64,000 nucleotides of DNA from Candidatus Aenigmatarchaeota archaeon (GTDB lineage Archaea > Aenigmatarchaeota > Aenigmatarchaeia > CG10238-14 > SpSt-28). The stretch is from contig JAVVFY010000003.1 in the NCBI GenBank assembly GCA_032249395.1, positions 1-64,000 of the forward strand, read 5' to 3'. The notes below the pieces were generated by a model. It saw only the letters and a program-made list of their open reading frames with translations, did no database searches and was not told the DNA's origin. Numbering within the stretch: the first letter of the stretch is position 1; the number at the start of each line of letters is the position of its first letter. Shown here in pieces: positions 50,119 to 59,239 of this stretch. Made by a program: the position numbers and the translations under genes.

Positions 50119-51090
50119 TTTTAACTCCTATTGCTTAACACTAATGATAAGCAGAGTTGTTTGTCGACCCATATATAATTTTTTTAACAACCTGTCGAGA
50201 GTGAAAATCGACAGTTCGACACCTCGACAAAAAAGAAGAATAGCTTTTATTTTTAGAATAAAAGAAAGAATATATGCTTAAAGAGATTTTTGGTTTGAAA
50301 AAAGAAAACAAAGATGAAAAAATTGATGAGATGATTAAGTTAATTGATTCTCAGCTCTCTATGATTTCTATGGAAATTGAGAAGTTGAAGAATTTGGGTT
50401 CTAAAATTGAGAATATTGAGAAAAAAATAGCAATTTTAGAAGAGCTTATTAAAGAACAAGGAGTCGAAATAAAGCCAAAACCGGTTAGTGAGAAAACAAA
50501 AGAAGCAATAAAGACTTTGTTGAAGAGATATGGAAGCTTAAATGCCTGGCAGGTTGCCAAATTATTAAACATGTCTAGAACAAGATGCGCAGAATATCTT
50601 AAGCAAATGGAAGAAGAGGGGATTTTAGTCTCTCAATGGAAGAGTCGAAAAAAGTACTATTCGATTCGACAGTAAAATTTTTCGATGAAGTTTTTATTCG
50701 ACAGATCGACTTTATCCTCTCTATAGATTGTTCCCCTATGAAGTTTGTTTATTTTCAAGAATTTCGACAGTTTAACAAGCTTTATTTTTTGAGTAGTCTG
50801 AAGAAAGTAAGAGGAATTCTGAGTTGTCGAAAATCCGACAGTTATAATAGCTAGTTAGTTTTATTATTTTTTCTGTCGAAGTAGTTGTCGAGATGCTGTT
50901 GGGAGAGAATTGAACAAAAAATGCATTATTGAAGGTGCATTCATCTCAATCTGTCGACAAAAATCGACTGTTTTTCTGAAATTCTCTACTTACTAGAGAT
51001 AAAAATCTGAAGAGAGAAAAAATTTTGAGAGTTGAAGTATTTATCTTTAGCATTTTTAATTTTATTTCTAACTATCTAATCAACTCGACA
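49654..51090. repeat. Dispersed cluster of TGTCGA/TCGACA motifs
   Basis: About 19 exact hexamers plus about 5 GTCGA/TCGAC variants, counted by eye. Includes an 8-bp-period triplet at 50208-50229 and palindrome TGTCGACA at 50952. Confidence 0.85.
50274..50675 (+). CDS. Coiled-coil + C-terminal winged-helix DNA-binding protein, divergent from the giant-gene operon
   Basis: N-terminal heptads; 'LLKRYGSLNAWQVAKLLNMSRTRCAEYLKQMEEEGIL...RKKYY'. Confidence 0.85.
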   Translation: MLKEIFGLKKENKDEKIDEMIKLIDSQLSMISMEIEKLKNLGSKIENIEKKIAILEELIKEQGVEIKPKPVSEKTKEAIKTLLKRYGSLNAWQVAKLLNMSRTRCAEYLKQMEEEGILVSQWKSRKKYYSIRQ

Positions 51091-51787
51091 CTTATTTAGA
51101 AATTTTGGGCTTTAGCCTAAGTAAGCCTAAAATGCCAAGAAAAACCTCAAGATCATAATTTTTGGCCCCTGAGGACAAAAATCATCACAGACCTTTTTAT
51201 CCTCTTAGCATAAGATTTCAAATTTTTAAGTATCTCTAGTTCAAAATGCTCCACTTGGATCACTTCATACTTCTTAAATTTTAAAAATCAACGCAGATAA
51301 ATTGTCTAAGTGGAACATTTCAAGACTCTTCTAGCTCCAATAATGTTAAAGACAAAATCTTTTTATCTATCAACAACTCCTAATTTTTTATGTTCTCTTT
51401 CTTGTCAATCAAGCACTTTCTCGTATGCTACATAGGGAAAAAACTTTATATATGAATCTTTATCCATGATTGCGAAACTCCTTATTTGAAGATATTTTTT
51501 TGCAGAGATTGCTTTAAATAATTATCAATAGTTCTAATAAAAGAGATAAATTTAGCACAGTATCCTGTGTACCAGAAAAATTTTACATATACCCTTTTAC
51601 AATGCTGAGGGATTTTTAATTCCTCCAACTTCATTCTAATTATAAGTTAGAGATATAAATGCTCGTTTGAATATACTAAATTGTGGAAACTGCTCCCCCA
51701 GAAAGCCCACTATGTCAATGTTGCTATATCCTCACTAAAAAAGATGAGGAAAAGGTAGAGAATTTAAGTAGAAGTGGAATCAGGAGT

Positions 51788-51860
51788 GGGCGGGTAGCTT
51801 AGTGGCTGGAGCGCTCGGCTGATAACCGAGAGGTCGTGGGTTCGAATCCCACCCCGCCCA
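51788..51860 (+). tRNA. tRNA-Ile(GAT), no intron, CCA not encoded
   Basis: Acceptor GGGCGGG/CCCGCCC; anticodon arm CTCGG-CTGATAA-CCGAG; T-loop TTCGAAT. Confidence 0.95.
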
Positions 51861-52030
51861 TCTTTACTATTTTTGACTCAGAACCGTACTTAATATTATT
51901 ATTAATTAATCGCAAATGAGGGAAAAATTAACTATCTTTATTATTTGTTTACATTCTATTCTTATTTTTACCCTTTCCACTCTTTAAAAAATTAAAGAAG
52001 AAGTTTTTAATTAAAACGAGAATAATTTAG

Positions 52031-52627
52031 ATGAAAGGCAAGTTTATAGTTTTTGAAGGTATTGACGGCGCCGGCCTAACAACACAAGCAGAGTTGTTGG
52101 AAAAATATCTAAAAGAAAAAAAATATGAAGTTGTTCTAACAAAAGAACCAACAAACAGCTTAATTGGAGGTATAATAAGAGCTGCTTTGAAAAAAGAATG
52201 GTTAACATCAAACAGAACATTGCAACTATTATTCTCTGCTGATAGATCCCATCATATTGAAAAAGAAATAATTCCAGCTTTAGAAAGCGGAAAAATAGTT
52301 ATTTGTGATAGGTATTTCATTTCAACAATTGCTTATGGAATGATAGAGGTAGAAAAAGATTGGTTAAAATCTCTTAACTCAAAGTTTTTGTTGCCAGATA
52401 TTATTTTCATAATCGACGTTCCAGTAGAAGTTTCAATAGAAAGGATAAAAGCGAGCAGATTTGGATTCGAGCTTTTTGAAGAAAAGAAAAAACTTGAAAA
52501 GATAAGAAACAATTTTCTTGAGCTTTCAAAAGAATACAAAAATTGCTTTGTGATTAATGGAAACAGAAGTATAGAGGATGTTCATAAGGAAATTGTTAAA
52601 ATTGTAGAAGAAAAACTAAAGCTCTAA
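52031..52627 (+). CDS. tmk: Thymidylate (dTMP) kinase
   Basis: 'FIVFEGIDGAGLTTQ', 'TKEP', 'LFSADR', 'VICDRY'. Confidence 0.92.
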   Translation: MKGKFIVFEGIDGAGLTTQAELLEKYLKEKKYEVVLTKEPTNSLIGGIIRAALKKEWLTSNRTLQLLFSADRSHHIEKEIIPALESGKIVICDRYFISTIAYGMIEVEKDWLKSLNSKFLLPDIIFIIDVPVEVSIERIKASRFGFELFEEKKKLEKIRNNFLELSKEYKNCFVINGNRSIEDVHKEIVKIVEEKLKL

Positions 52628-53683
52628 TTCGGCCAATCTTTTCAAAGCCTCTACTTTTTCTTTTCTTTCAATTTCTGCTTTCTCTAAAATTTCTTTTAAT
52701 GTTCTTATGCTTTCATCATAAGTCTTTCTATCAACAGGGTAAGGTATTCTGTCTTTCCCACCGTGTGCAAATGTGTATTTAACTGGATCTATCCAGCTTG
52801 CCTCCTTTCCATAAACTAGCTTTGCTATTAAAGCTAGGGCTCTAACAGTTTTTGGACCAACTCCTTCAAAGGCGACAAGTTCTTCATAATTTTTTGGATC
52901 AAATTCATGCAAATCCAAAAGTTTCTGATAAACCTTTATATCGAAAGTGTGTTCTACCGGCATTTTGAGAAACTTATATAGGCTATGAGGAGAAGAAAAA
53001 TATTTCTTGAATTTTCTAACATCCTCTTTAACAATATCAACGCTCGCTTTTCTCGCTTCTTCGCTTTCTTTAGCAACCATATTTAAAACTTTCTCTTCCT
53101 TAAAGCCAACTATTGCTGAATGAGGTTCCACAACAAAAGAATTTAATGAGAAAGAAAGCCAATGATATCTTCTTGCCAATTTATTTTCAACATTCATTCC
53201 TTGTTGAACTACTGCCCATTTCCCATCTTCTGTTACAAAAAATGAATGATGATAAATTTGATAACCAGCCTGAATTAAGGAATTATCAACCTTTGCTACC
53301 ATTCTGCTTGCATACTTTAATTCTTCAATTTTTCTCGTAGATAGTCTAAATTCCTCCCCAATTTTTTCTATTTCCTCTGGAGTCTTTTTAGAGGATGAAC
53401 CCTTACCTCCTAAAACTTTAACACCAACATTTTCTTTGTTTAATCCTTCTTTTAGTGCACCAGTCAGAGTTGTTGTTGTTCCTGAGCTATGAAAATCCAT
53501 ACCTACACAACAAGACAATGCCTGAAACCAAAAAGGATTAGATATTCTTTTTAAAAATTCATCAACGCCGTATTCTTCAATTATTATTTTAACTATCGAT
53601 GTCGAAAGCTTAGTCATTCTTTTGAACAACCAAGCTGGTACACTTCCATAGTGTAATGGTAGTTCGGCAATTCCCACTCTCAT
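52616..53683 (-). CDS. DUF763 family protein
   Basis: 'LPLHYGSVPAWLF', 'GMDFHSSGTTT', 'AKVDN', 'WAVVQQGMN', 'ARRYHW', 'FAHGGKD..PYPVD'. Confidence 0.9.
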   Translation of the reverse strand: MRVGIAELPLHYGSVPAWLFKRMTKLSTSIVKIIIEEYGVDEFLKRISNPFWFQALSCCVGMDFHSSGTTTTLTGALKEGLNKENVGVKVLGGKGSSSKKTPEEIEKIGEEFRLSTRKIEELKYASRMVAKVDNSLIQAGYQIYHHSFFVTEDGKWAVVQQGMNVENKLARRYHWLSFSLNSFVVEPHSAIVGFKEEKVLNMVAKESEEARKASVDIVKEDVRKFKKYFSSPHSLYKFLKMPVEHTFDIKVYQKLLDLHEFDPKNYEELVAFEGVGPKTVRALALIAKLVYGKEASWIDPVKYTFAHGGKDRIPYPVDRKTYDESIRTLKEILEKAEIERKEKVEALKRLAELEL

Positions 53684-53688
53684 AGGAA

Positions 53689-54576
53689 TTACTTTGTAAG
53701 ACGTTTTTTAAACTCTCTTTCAGCCTCTTTTATACATTTTATTACTTCTTTTTTAATTTCCTTCCTTAATTTTTCTTTCAACTTAACAATCCTTGACAAA
53801 TTTTTTCTTTTCTGGACTTTCAATATTAACTTAATCATCTTAATTTTCTCTTCATGTTTCGTGTATTTAAGCAACTTTCTGGCAATAGAAATCACTTCAT
53901 CTTGTCTCTCTAAATATACGATCCAGCGCTTGCATGGTTCCTTATGAAGTCTAAAAATTGGATGATATCCATCTTTTTTAAGTCTCTCGTATATGCCTCT
54001 TAATATGTGCCTGTCCTTTGTGATTATAGAGAGTCTTATATTGATACTATTCTCGCCTCTTTTCCTTATAAACCAACAGCCATCAGCATCTATATATCCA
54101 GCAAGGAATGCATAAAAAAATTCGCCTTGTGGAAGTTTTACTGGTTTTTCTAATATAAATTCAAACGAAGAATCTAAGTAAGCTTTAAGGTTCCAATCAA
54201 ACTTTGGAGTAATCTTTCTTTTTCTGGGTGTCTTACTGCAGTGACCATACTTACTGAAGAGTTTACAAAAAAGATGAACCATAGAAGGATGAGTAGTTGA
54301 CAAAGAACATATTATCTTATTGTGCGACTTCACTACATAAAGGTCCCCCGAGCGAAAACCGATTAAGTAATATTTCTCTATTTCATTTCCTGAGAAAGGA
54401 GATGTTGGATATTCACTATTTGCTTCTGACAAAGTTCTACGAGAGAGGCTGTATTCAATCATTCTCCGTCTTATAGTTTCTTTACCAACTCCAATTATTT
54501 TAGCTATTTGAGATAAACTTAGCTTTTCTTTATAATACATTCTCTTTATTTCTTTTATAGGAAATTCTTTTTCCAT
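53689..54576 (-). CDS. Free-standing LAGLIDADG homing-endonuclease-like protein with N-terminal HTH
   Basis: Motifs 'YYLIGFRSGD' and 'FLAGYIDADG'; N-terminal 'MYYKEKLSLSQIAKIIGVGKETIRRRM'. Confidence 0.8.
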   Translation of the reverse strand: MEKEFPIKEIKRMYYKEKLSLSQIAKIIGVGKETIRRRMIEYSLSRRTLSEANSEYPTSPFSGNEIEKYYLIGFRSGDLYVVKSHNKIICSLSTTHPSMVHLFCKLFSKYGHCSKTPRKRKITPKFDWNLKAYLDSSFEFILEKPVKLPQGEFFYAFLAGYIDADGCWFIRKRGENSINIRLSIITKDRHILRGIYERLKKDGYHPIFRLHKEPCKRWIVYLERQDEVISIARKLLKYTKHEEKIKMIKLILKVQKRKNLSRIVKLKEKLRKEIKKEVIKCIKEAEREFKKRLTK

Positions 54577-54779
54577 TTTATTCTAGCTATTAATGCGGCT
54601 TCTTTTAAGTTTCTTCTTTTTATACCAAACTTTTTTAAATAATATCTCACTCCAGCAGGAGACATTCCTACTAATTTAGCAATCTCGGTAGTGCTTTTCT
54701 TTTTTCTCCAATAAAGGTTATATAGCTTTGCTTTTTCCAAGACTTTTTTGTTTCTACTATTTATTTTTTTATCACTCAT
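54555..54779 (-). CDS. Small HTH protein, paralogous to the N-terminus of the adjacent LAGLIDADG protein
   Basis: 'LYWRKKKSTTEIAKLVGMSPAGVRYYLKKFGIKRRNLKEA'. Confidence 0.7.
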   Translation of the reverse strand: MSDKKINSRNKKVLEKAKLYNLYWRKKKSTTEIAKLVGMSPAGVRYYLKKFGIKRRNLKEAALIARIKWKKNFL

Positions 54780-54994
54780 ATAGTGTATTATATTATGTAT
54801 ATAAATATTTTTCTTTTTATAAATATATAAATTTAAATATATAAATTATTATTGCAAATTTTAGAGGAATAGCAAAAATTTGCCTTTTAATAAACCTCTT
54901 CCAAAAACCACACTATTGTTATGTAAATATCCAGTAACGTCCTCATTTTTTACTGCAGCTTTCCATAAAAATCTTTAGGAAAATAATTAGATAT

Positions 54995-55067
54995 GCGCCA
55001 GTCGTCTAGCCTGGTAGGACACGAGCTTCCCAAGCTCGGAGCCCGGGTTCAAATCCCGGCTGGCGCA
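54995..55067 (+). tRNA. tRNA-Gly(CCC), no intron
   Basis: Acceptor GCGCCAG/CTGGCGC; anticodon arm CGAGC-TTCCCAA-GCTCG; T-loop TTCAAAT. Confidence 0.95.
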
Positions 55068-55161
55068 AGGATTTTAAAATGTAACTTAATTTTTAAAATT
55101 TAATGTCTTAGAATTTTGGTTGTATTTAATAAAAACATTAAAAACATCACTATTTAATTAA

Positions 55162-55446
55162 TTATAATTCTCTGTGTTTTTTTCTAACGCTTTTCCCTGG
55201 CTGAGCTATTCCCCTGAATCTAGCGCAGCTTGGGCAAACATAATATTTTCTTTTAAATGTATGCAAGTATCTCGGATCAATTTGTTTCCTCAAAGTTGGG
55301 TCGTTTATGAAAAAACCTTTAGTAACTATAAAAGCTTTGTATCTAGGCAATCTTCTTCCACAAAAAGAGCATTCAACTACAGTTTCGCTTCCTCTCGCAT
55401 GTGTATGTTCATATTTTCTCTTGTAAGGTGCTTCACTTATTGGCAT
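55162..55446 (-). CDS. rps26e: 30S ribosomal protein S26e (eS26)
   Basis: 'RG....V.CSFCGRRLPRYKA' and 'YYVCPSCARFRGI' zinc-binding pattern. Confidence 0.85.
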   Translation of the reverse strand: MPISEAPYKRKYEHTHARGSETVVECSFCGRRLPRYKAFIVTKGFFINDPTLRKQIDPRYLHTFKRKYYVCPSCARFRGIAQPGKSVRKKHREL

Positions 55447-55579
55447 AATTCTTAATGATTTTAATGTTTAAATCTTTGAAGTAGATAGCCTCTTTAAACT
55501 TTAAGTGATAGAACGTGATGTTAACTTCTACAAAACAACTTGTAGTAAGCAATTTTTAATTAATTTTTGAAGTGAAAAT

Positions 55580-56605
55580 ATGGGGGTTCAGATTGGAACG
55601 ATAATTCCTAGAAGAGAAATAGAATTAGAAAGCCTAGCTGGTAAAAAAATCGCTATTGATGCCTACAATGCTCTATTTCAATTTTTAAGTATAATAAGAG
55701 ATAAGATGACTGGAGAACCTTTGAAAGACAGCAAAGGTAGAATAACATCTCATTTATCAGGTCTGTTCTACCGAACTATAAATTTAATAGAAGCTGGAAT
55801 TAAGCCAATTTATGTTTTTGATGGAAAACCGCCTGAATTCAAAAAAGCCACTCTCGAGAAAAGAGAGGAAATGAAAAAAGAAGCTGAAGAAAAGATGAAA
55901 GAAGCTTTGGAAAAAGGAGAAGAGGCAATAAAATATGCCCAAGCAACAGCAAGAGTTACGGAGGAAATAGTTAACGATGCAAAAAAGCTTTTACAACTAA
56001 TGGGAGTTCCAATAGTTCAGGCTCCAAGTGAAGGCGAAATGCAAGCCGCATACATTGCAAAAAAAGGAGACGCTTATGCTTCTGCTTCTCAAGATTATGA
56101 TTCTTTGCTTGTTGGTTCCCCAAGATTAATAAGAAATCTGAACATTACTGGTAAAAGAAAATTGCCAAATAAAGAAGTTTATGTTGATATAAAGCCTGAG
56201 CTAATAGAATTAGAAGAGGTTTTGAAGACTTTAGAAATAAATAGGGAGCAACTAATAATAATAGGTATTTTGGTTGGGACTGACTATAATCCGGAAGGAA
56301 TAGAGGGTATTGGACCAAAAAAAGCTTTAAAGCTCGTTAAAGAAAAAAAGACTTTGGAAAATGTTTTGAAAGAAGTTGAGTGGAAGTTTGACGTCAAAGC
56401 AGAAGATATCTACAACTTTTTCCTGAATCCTCCCGTTACCGATAGTTATAAGCTTGAGTGGAAAACGCCAGACGAAGATGGAATAATAAAATTCATGGTC
56501 GAAGAACACGATTTTTCTGAGGAAAGGATAAGAAATGGAATAGAAAAGTTAAAGCAAGCATTTTCTAAATCTCAACAAAAAAGCTTGGGAAACTGGCTTA
56601 GATAA
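55580..56605 (+). CDS. fen: Flap endonuclease 1
   Basis: 'MGVQIG', '[12 protein letters not shown]', 'YVFDGKPP', 'APSEGE', 'SQDYD', '[16 protein letters not shown]'; C-terminal PIP box QKSLGNW. Confidence 0.97.
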   Translation: MGVQIGTIIPRREIELESLAGKKIAIDAYNALFQFLSIIRDKMTGEPLKDSKGRITSHLSGLFYRTINLIEAGIKPIYVFDGKPPEFKKATLEKREEMKKEAEEKMKEALEKGEEAIKYAQATARVTEEIVNDAKKLLQLMGVPIVQAPSEGEMQAAYIAKKGDAYASASQDYDSLLVGSPRLIRNLNITGKRKLPNKEVYVDIKPELIELEEVLKTLEINREQLIIIGILVGTDYNPEGIEGIGPKKALKLVKEKKTLENVLKEVEWKFDVKAEDIYNFFLNPPVTDSYKLEWKTPDEDGIIKFMVEEHDFSEERIRNGIEKLKQAFSKSQQKSLGNWLR

Positions 56606-56718
56606 TCTTAGATAATCAAATTTTGTAGGAAATTTCCTTTAGTTTTTTAACTATTTTATGAGTCTGAGTGAAACTCTAGTAAATATTAGTGTTATTAAAC
56701 CTGTTGTCATTTTGTACA

Positions 56719-57702
56719 TCAAGATTTTATCCTTTCAACTACTTTATAATTTCCGTTTTCAAGCTTATAATGAAGTATATAATCATTAGAAATCTTCCCA
56801 AATAAAGGAGTGTAAATCCACTTTTTAATATTTCTTAAAGTTGGATTTTTTAAATAATACTCGATTGCTCTTGTATGTTGAGCACCGTAAATAACTAATA
56901 AGTAGTTTTTAGACTTTTGTAGCTCGGATAATCTTTCTAACCTTTCAGAAGCTATCACATTTCTATAATCAAACACCCCATAGCCAACAATATCCTCTAT
57001 TCCATAATTAAAAAGTGATTTGCTATCGATCAAATTAGCAGAATATCTACCATTATAGCTACCAAAAAATAAAGGAAAGAAAAGTTGCGAAAGGAGAAAA
57101 ACGATAAACCTTCTTCTTTTCAACTTTTTTCTAAAAAAGTAAAAATAAAGTGCTAGCGAAACAGGATAAGATAAATACATAAAACTGTCTACAGCAAAAA
57201 ATACATCATCGTTATCAAATGTATTAGGATCGACAACATATATTTCTTTGCTTAGCTCTGCGCATAATTTTACTACATTGCTATAAAAATATGAAGATTG
57301 ATAGTAAATGTCACTCTCTAACACTTTATCTATATAATATTCTAAAACGACAGCATCCGCTTCTTTTATTACTTTATAAAGAAACTCTTTATAGTATCTA
57401 AAATATTTTTCATTATGAGCAACACCAACAATTTTATATTTTACTCCATTTACTTCCAAGTCTAAAATTTCAAAAAGAGATGGCAAATCTGACCAATCTC
57501 CCCTTCTTTCAACCCACTTCTCAAACTCTCTTTCGAATCTTTCCCTATTAGGATTTTCTGTAAGCTCTTTTCCAACTTCTGAAGCTAAAATTGGAACAAA
57601 GGGAATGGACAAAGAGATTAATTCGAAAGCAGATTTCGAATTCTCGCTGATAAATTTAATAAATTCTTTTATAAACAGTCTTCCACTTAACTTTTCACGC
57701 AT
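56719..57702 (-). CDS. TraB/GumN (TIKI-like) family protein with an internal hydrophobic hairpin
   Basis: 'IVGVAH', 'DAVVLE', 'RN.I...L', 'LVIYGAQH' match the TraB-family pattern. Confidence 0.55.
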   Translation of the reverse strand: MREKLSGRLFIKEFIKFISENSKSAFELISLSIPFVPILASEVGKELTENPNRERFEREFEKWVERRGDWSDLPSLFEILDLEVNGVKYKIVGVAHNEKYFRYYKEFLYKVIKEADAVVLEYYIDKVLESDIYYQSSYFYSNVVKLCAELSKEIYVVDPNTFDNDDVFFAVDSFMYLSYPVSLALYFYFFRKKLKRRRFIVFLLSQLFFPLFFGSYNGRYSANLIDSKSLFNYGIEDIVGYGVFDYRNVIASERLERLSELQKSKNYLLVIYGAQHTRAIEYYLKNPTLRNIKKWIYTPLFGKISNDYILHYKLENGNYKVVERIKS

Positions 57703-57876
57703 TATAATTTAGATTAAAAACAAAAATAAAAAAATTAATACCCTTAAGCTCTTTTTCTTGACAGTATTTGTAAATTAGTACATAAACGTATCATTCATGA
57801 CGTTACCATATTGTTTACAGAATCGAACAGTTTTCATAAATCCTACTTTGATTTATAACTAAATCAAGTTGAATTT

Positions 57877-57950
57877 TGGGCCTGGCGGGATTCGAACCCG
57901 CGACCAACCGGTTAAGAGCCGGCTGCTCTACCTGGCTGAGCTACAGGCCC
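57877..57950 (-). tRNA. tRNA-Lys(CTT), no intron
   Basis: Reverse complement reads GGGCCTGTAGCTCAGCCAGGTAGAGCAGCCGGCTCTTAACCGGTTGGTCGCGGGTTCGAATCCCGCCAGGCCCA. Confidence 0.95.
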
Positions 57951-57986
57951 GAGATAATTTTTTTCTACTAAACATTAAAATTTTAT

Positions 57987-58355
57987 ATGAAAAAAGAAAT
58001 AGAAGCTTTTTTAGAATTAAAAAATTTGGTAGAAAAAATGAATTCTGAAATTTCTTGCGTTATTGTTGAAGGTAGAAAAGATAAAGAAGCTTTAGAGAGA
58101 ATTGGTTATAAAGGTAGGATAATATATGCTAATAAATTCGAGATGGCTAATGGAATGGTTGTTATATTGACTGATTTCGACAAAGAGGGAAAAGAAATAG
58201 CAAAAAGAATAACAATAAGTATTGGAGAAAAGAATATTGATAAGTTTTTCAGAAATGAATTCAAAAAAATTTTGAAATCTATTGGCAGAGACGATATTCA
58301 ATCGATAATCAATCTTTGCAAAAAGTATGAAAAAATGTCCGATCAAAACTTATAA
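57987..58355 (+). CDS. Small Toprim-domain protein (RNase M5-like)
   Basis: 'VIVEGRKD..AL', 'ILTDFDKEG'. Confidence 0.85.
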   Translation: MKKEIEAFLELKNLVEKMNSEISCVIVEGRKDKEALERIGYKGRIIYANKFEMANGMVVILTDFDKEGKEIAKRITISIGEKNIDKFFRNEFKKILKSIGRDDIQSIINLCKKYEKMSDQNL

Positions 58356-58969
58356 GCAACTAAACCTTTTGTCTCTTCAACTTTTACAATTTTACTAAAA
58401 CCAGCTAATAAAAGCCTTCTTGCTATTCCCTTAATAAAATTCTTACCAGAAAGTTTCCCTGGTTCCCCAGTATAATGGAATATCTTTCCACCTTTCTTCA
58501 AAACTCTGAAAAGTTGATTGTAAAACTCTTGAGAATAAAGTTCCGGTGCTAAGGAAAATCTCGGAGGATCATGAATTATAAAATTAAAACTTTCACTCTC
58601 AAAGCTTCTAACAACTTCAAATGCATCACCAATTATCAATTCTATTTTTGGATTTTCAAAAAGCTCTCTAGAAAATTCATTTTGCTTAGCAATTTTTATC
58701 ACATTCTCATCTTTTTCAATAGTCACAACTTTCTCGACGCTTTTCTTCCTAGCCGCTAAAATTGCTGTATAACCTAAACCAGTGCAAATATCTAAAATCT
58801 TGCCATAAATTTTACCTAAAGATTTTATTTTTAGTTCAGTATCGGTTTTTGGATCCACATCTTTAATTCTATGCATGTGAATTCCAGAAATTTCTAATGT
58901 TGGCCAAGTTGACGTTGGGATTAGTTTGTAAAATTTATTCGTTTTCTTATCAAAGAGCTTAACTCCCAT
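58343..58969 (-). CDS. Predicted archaeal SAM-dependent methyltransferase
   Basis: 'PTLEISGIHMH', 'LDICTGLGYTA', 'IIHDPPRF', 'FHYTGEP'. Confidence 0.85.
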   Translation of the reverse strand: MGVKLFDKKTNKFYKLIPTSTWPTLEISGIHMHRIKDVDPKTDTELKIKSLGKIYGKILDICTGLGYTAILAARKKSVEKVVTIEKDENVIKIAKQNEFSRELFENPKIELIIGDAFEVVRSFESESFNFIIHDPPRFSLAPELYSQEFYNQLFRVLKKGGKIFHYTGEPGKLSGKNFIKGIARRLLLAGFSKIVKVEETKGLVAYKF

Positions 58970-59099
58970 AAAAAACTTTGTTAAAAGAAAAAATAAGAAA
59001 AGTGAAATTATTGAATGGAACTATATTTTCTAAAAGCACGTAAAAATAAAAATATTTATAAAAATGGTTAAAATCAACCATAAAATGGAGGAAAAAGAC

Positions 59100-59237
59100 A
59101 GCACGCGAAGAGGGTTGATTTTGATTTTTGTGTTATAGTAAAAGAGAGGAATTAGGAGAAAGAATTTTGAAGAATTGAAAAAGAAAAAAGATAAACTTGT
59201 TAAAGATATTCTGATAGATGGAATAGAAATAATTTAA
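59100..59237 (+). pseudogene. Possible degraded nucleotidyltransferase (MNT) remnant
   Basis: Fragments 'DFDFCVIVKE' (DxD-like) and, in another frame, 'FEELKKKKDKLVKDILIDGIEII*' resemble the core and C-terminus of MNT antitoxins. Confidence 0.3.
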
Positions 59238-59239
59238 GT

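Noticed and set aside
50636..50854. 72-aa ORF downstream of the wHTH gene
   Set aside because: It overlaps the wHTH gene's end, has no motif and lies in the TGTCGA cloud; probably non-coding.
49654..51090. TGTCGA cluster as a CRISPR array or tandem satellite
   Set aside because: The motif is only 5-8 bp, irregularly spaced and in both orientations; there are no 24-47-bp repeats with spacers and no cas genes.
51400..51780. Degenerate coding fragments upstream of tRNA-Ile
   Set aside because: Short open stretches exist, but I recognise no family in them.
1..51860. Surface locus as an integrated element or provirus at tRNA-Ile
   Set aside because: No integrase, no duplicated tRNA end and no viral genes were seen in the window, and composition resembles the housekeeping genes. 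The left boundary is not visible.
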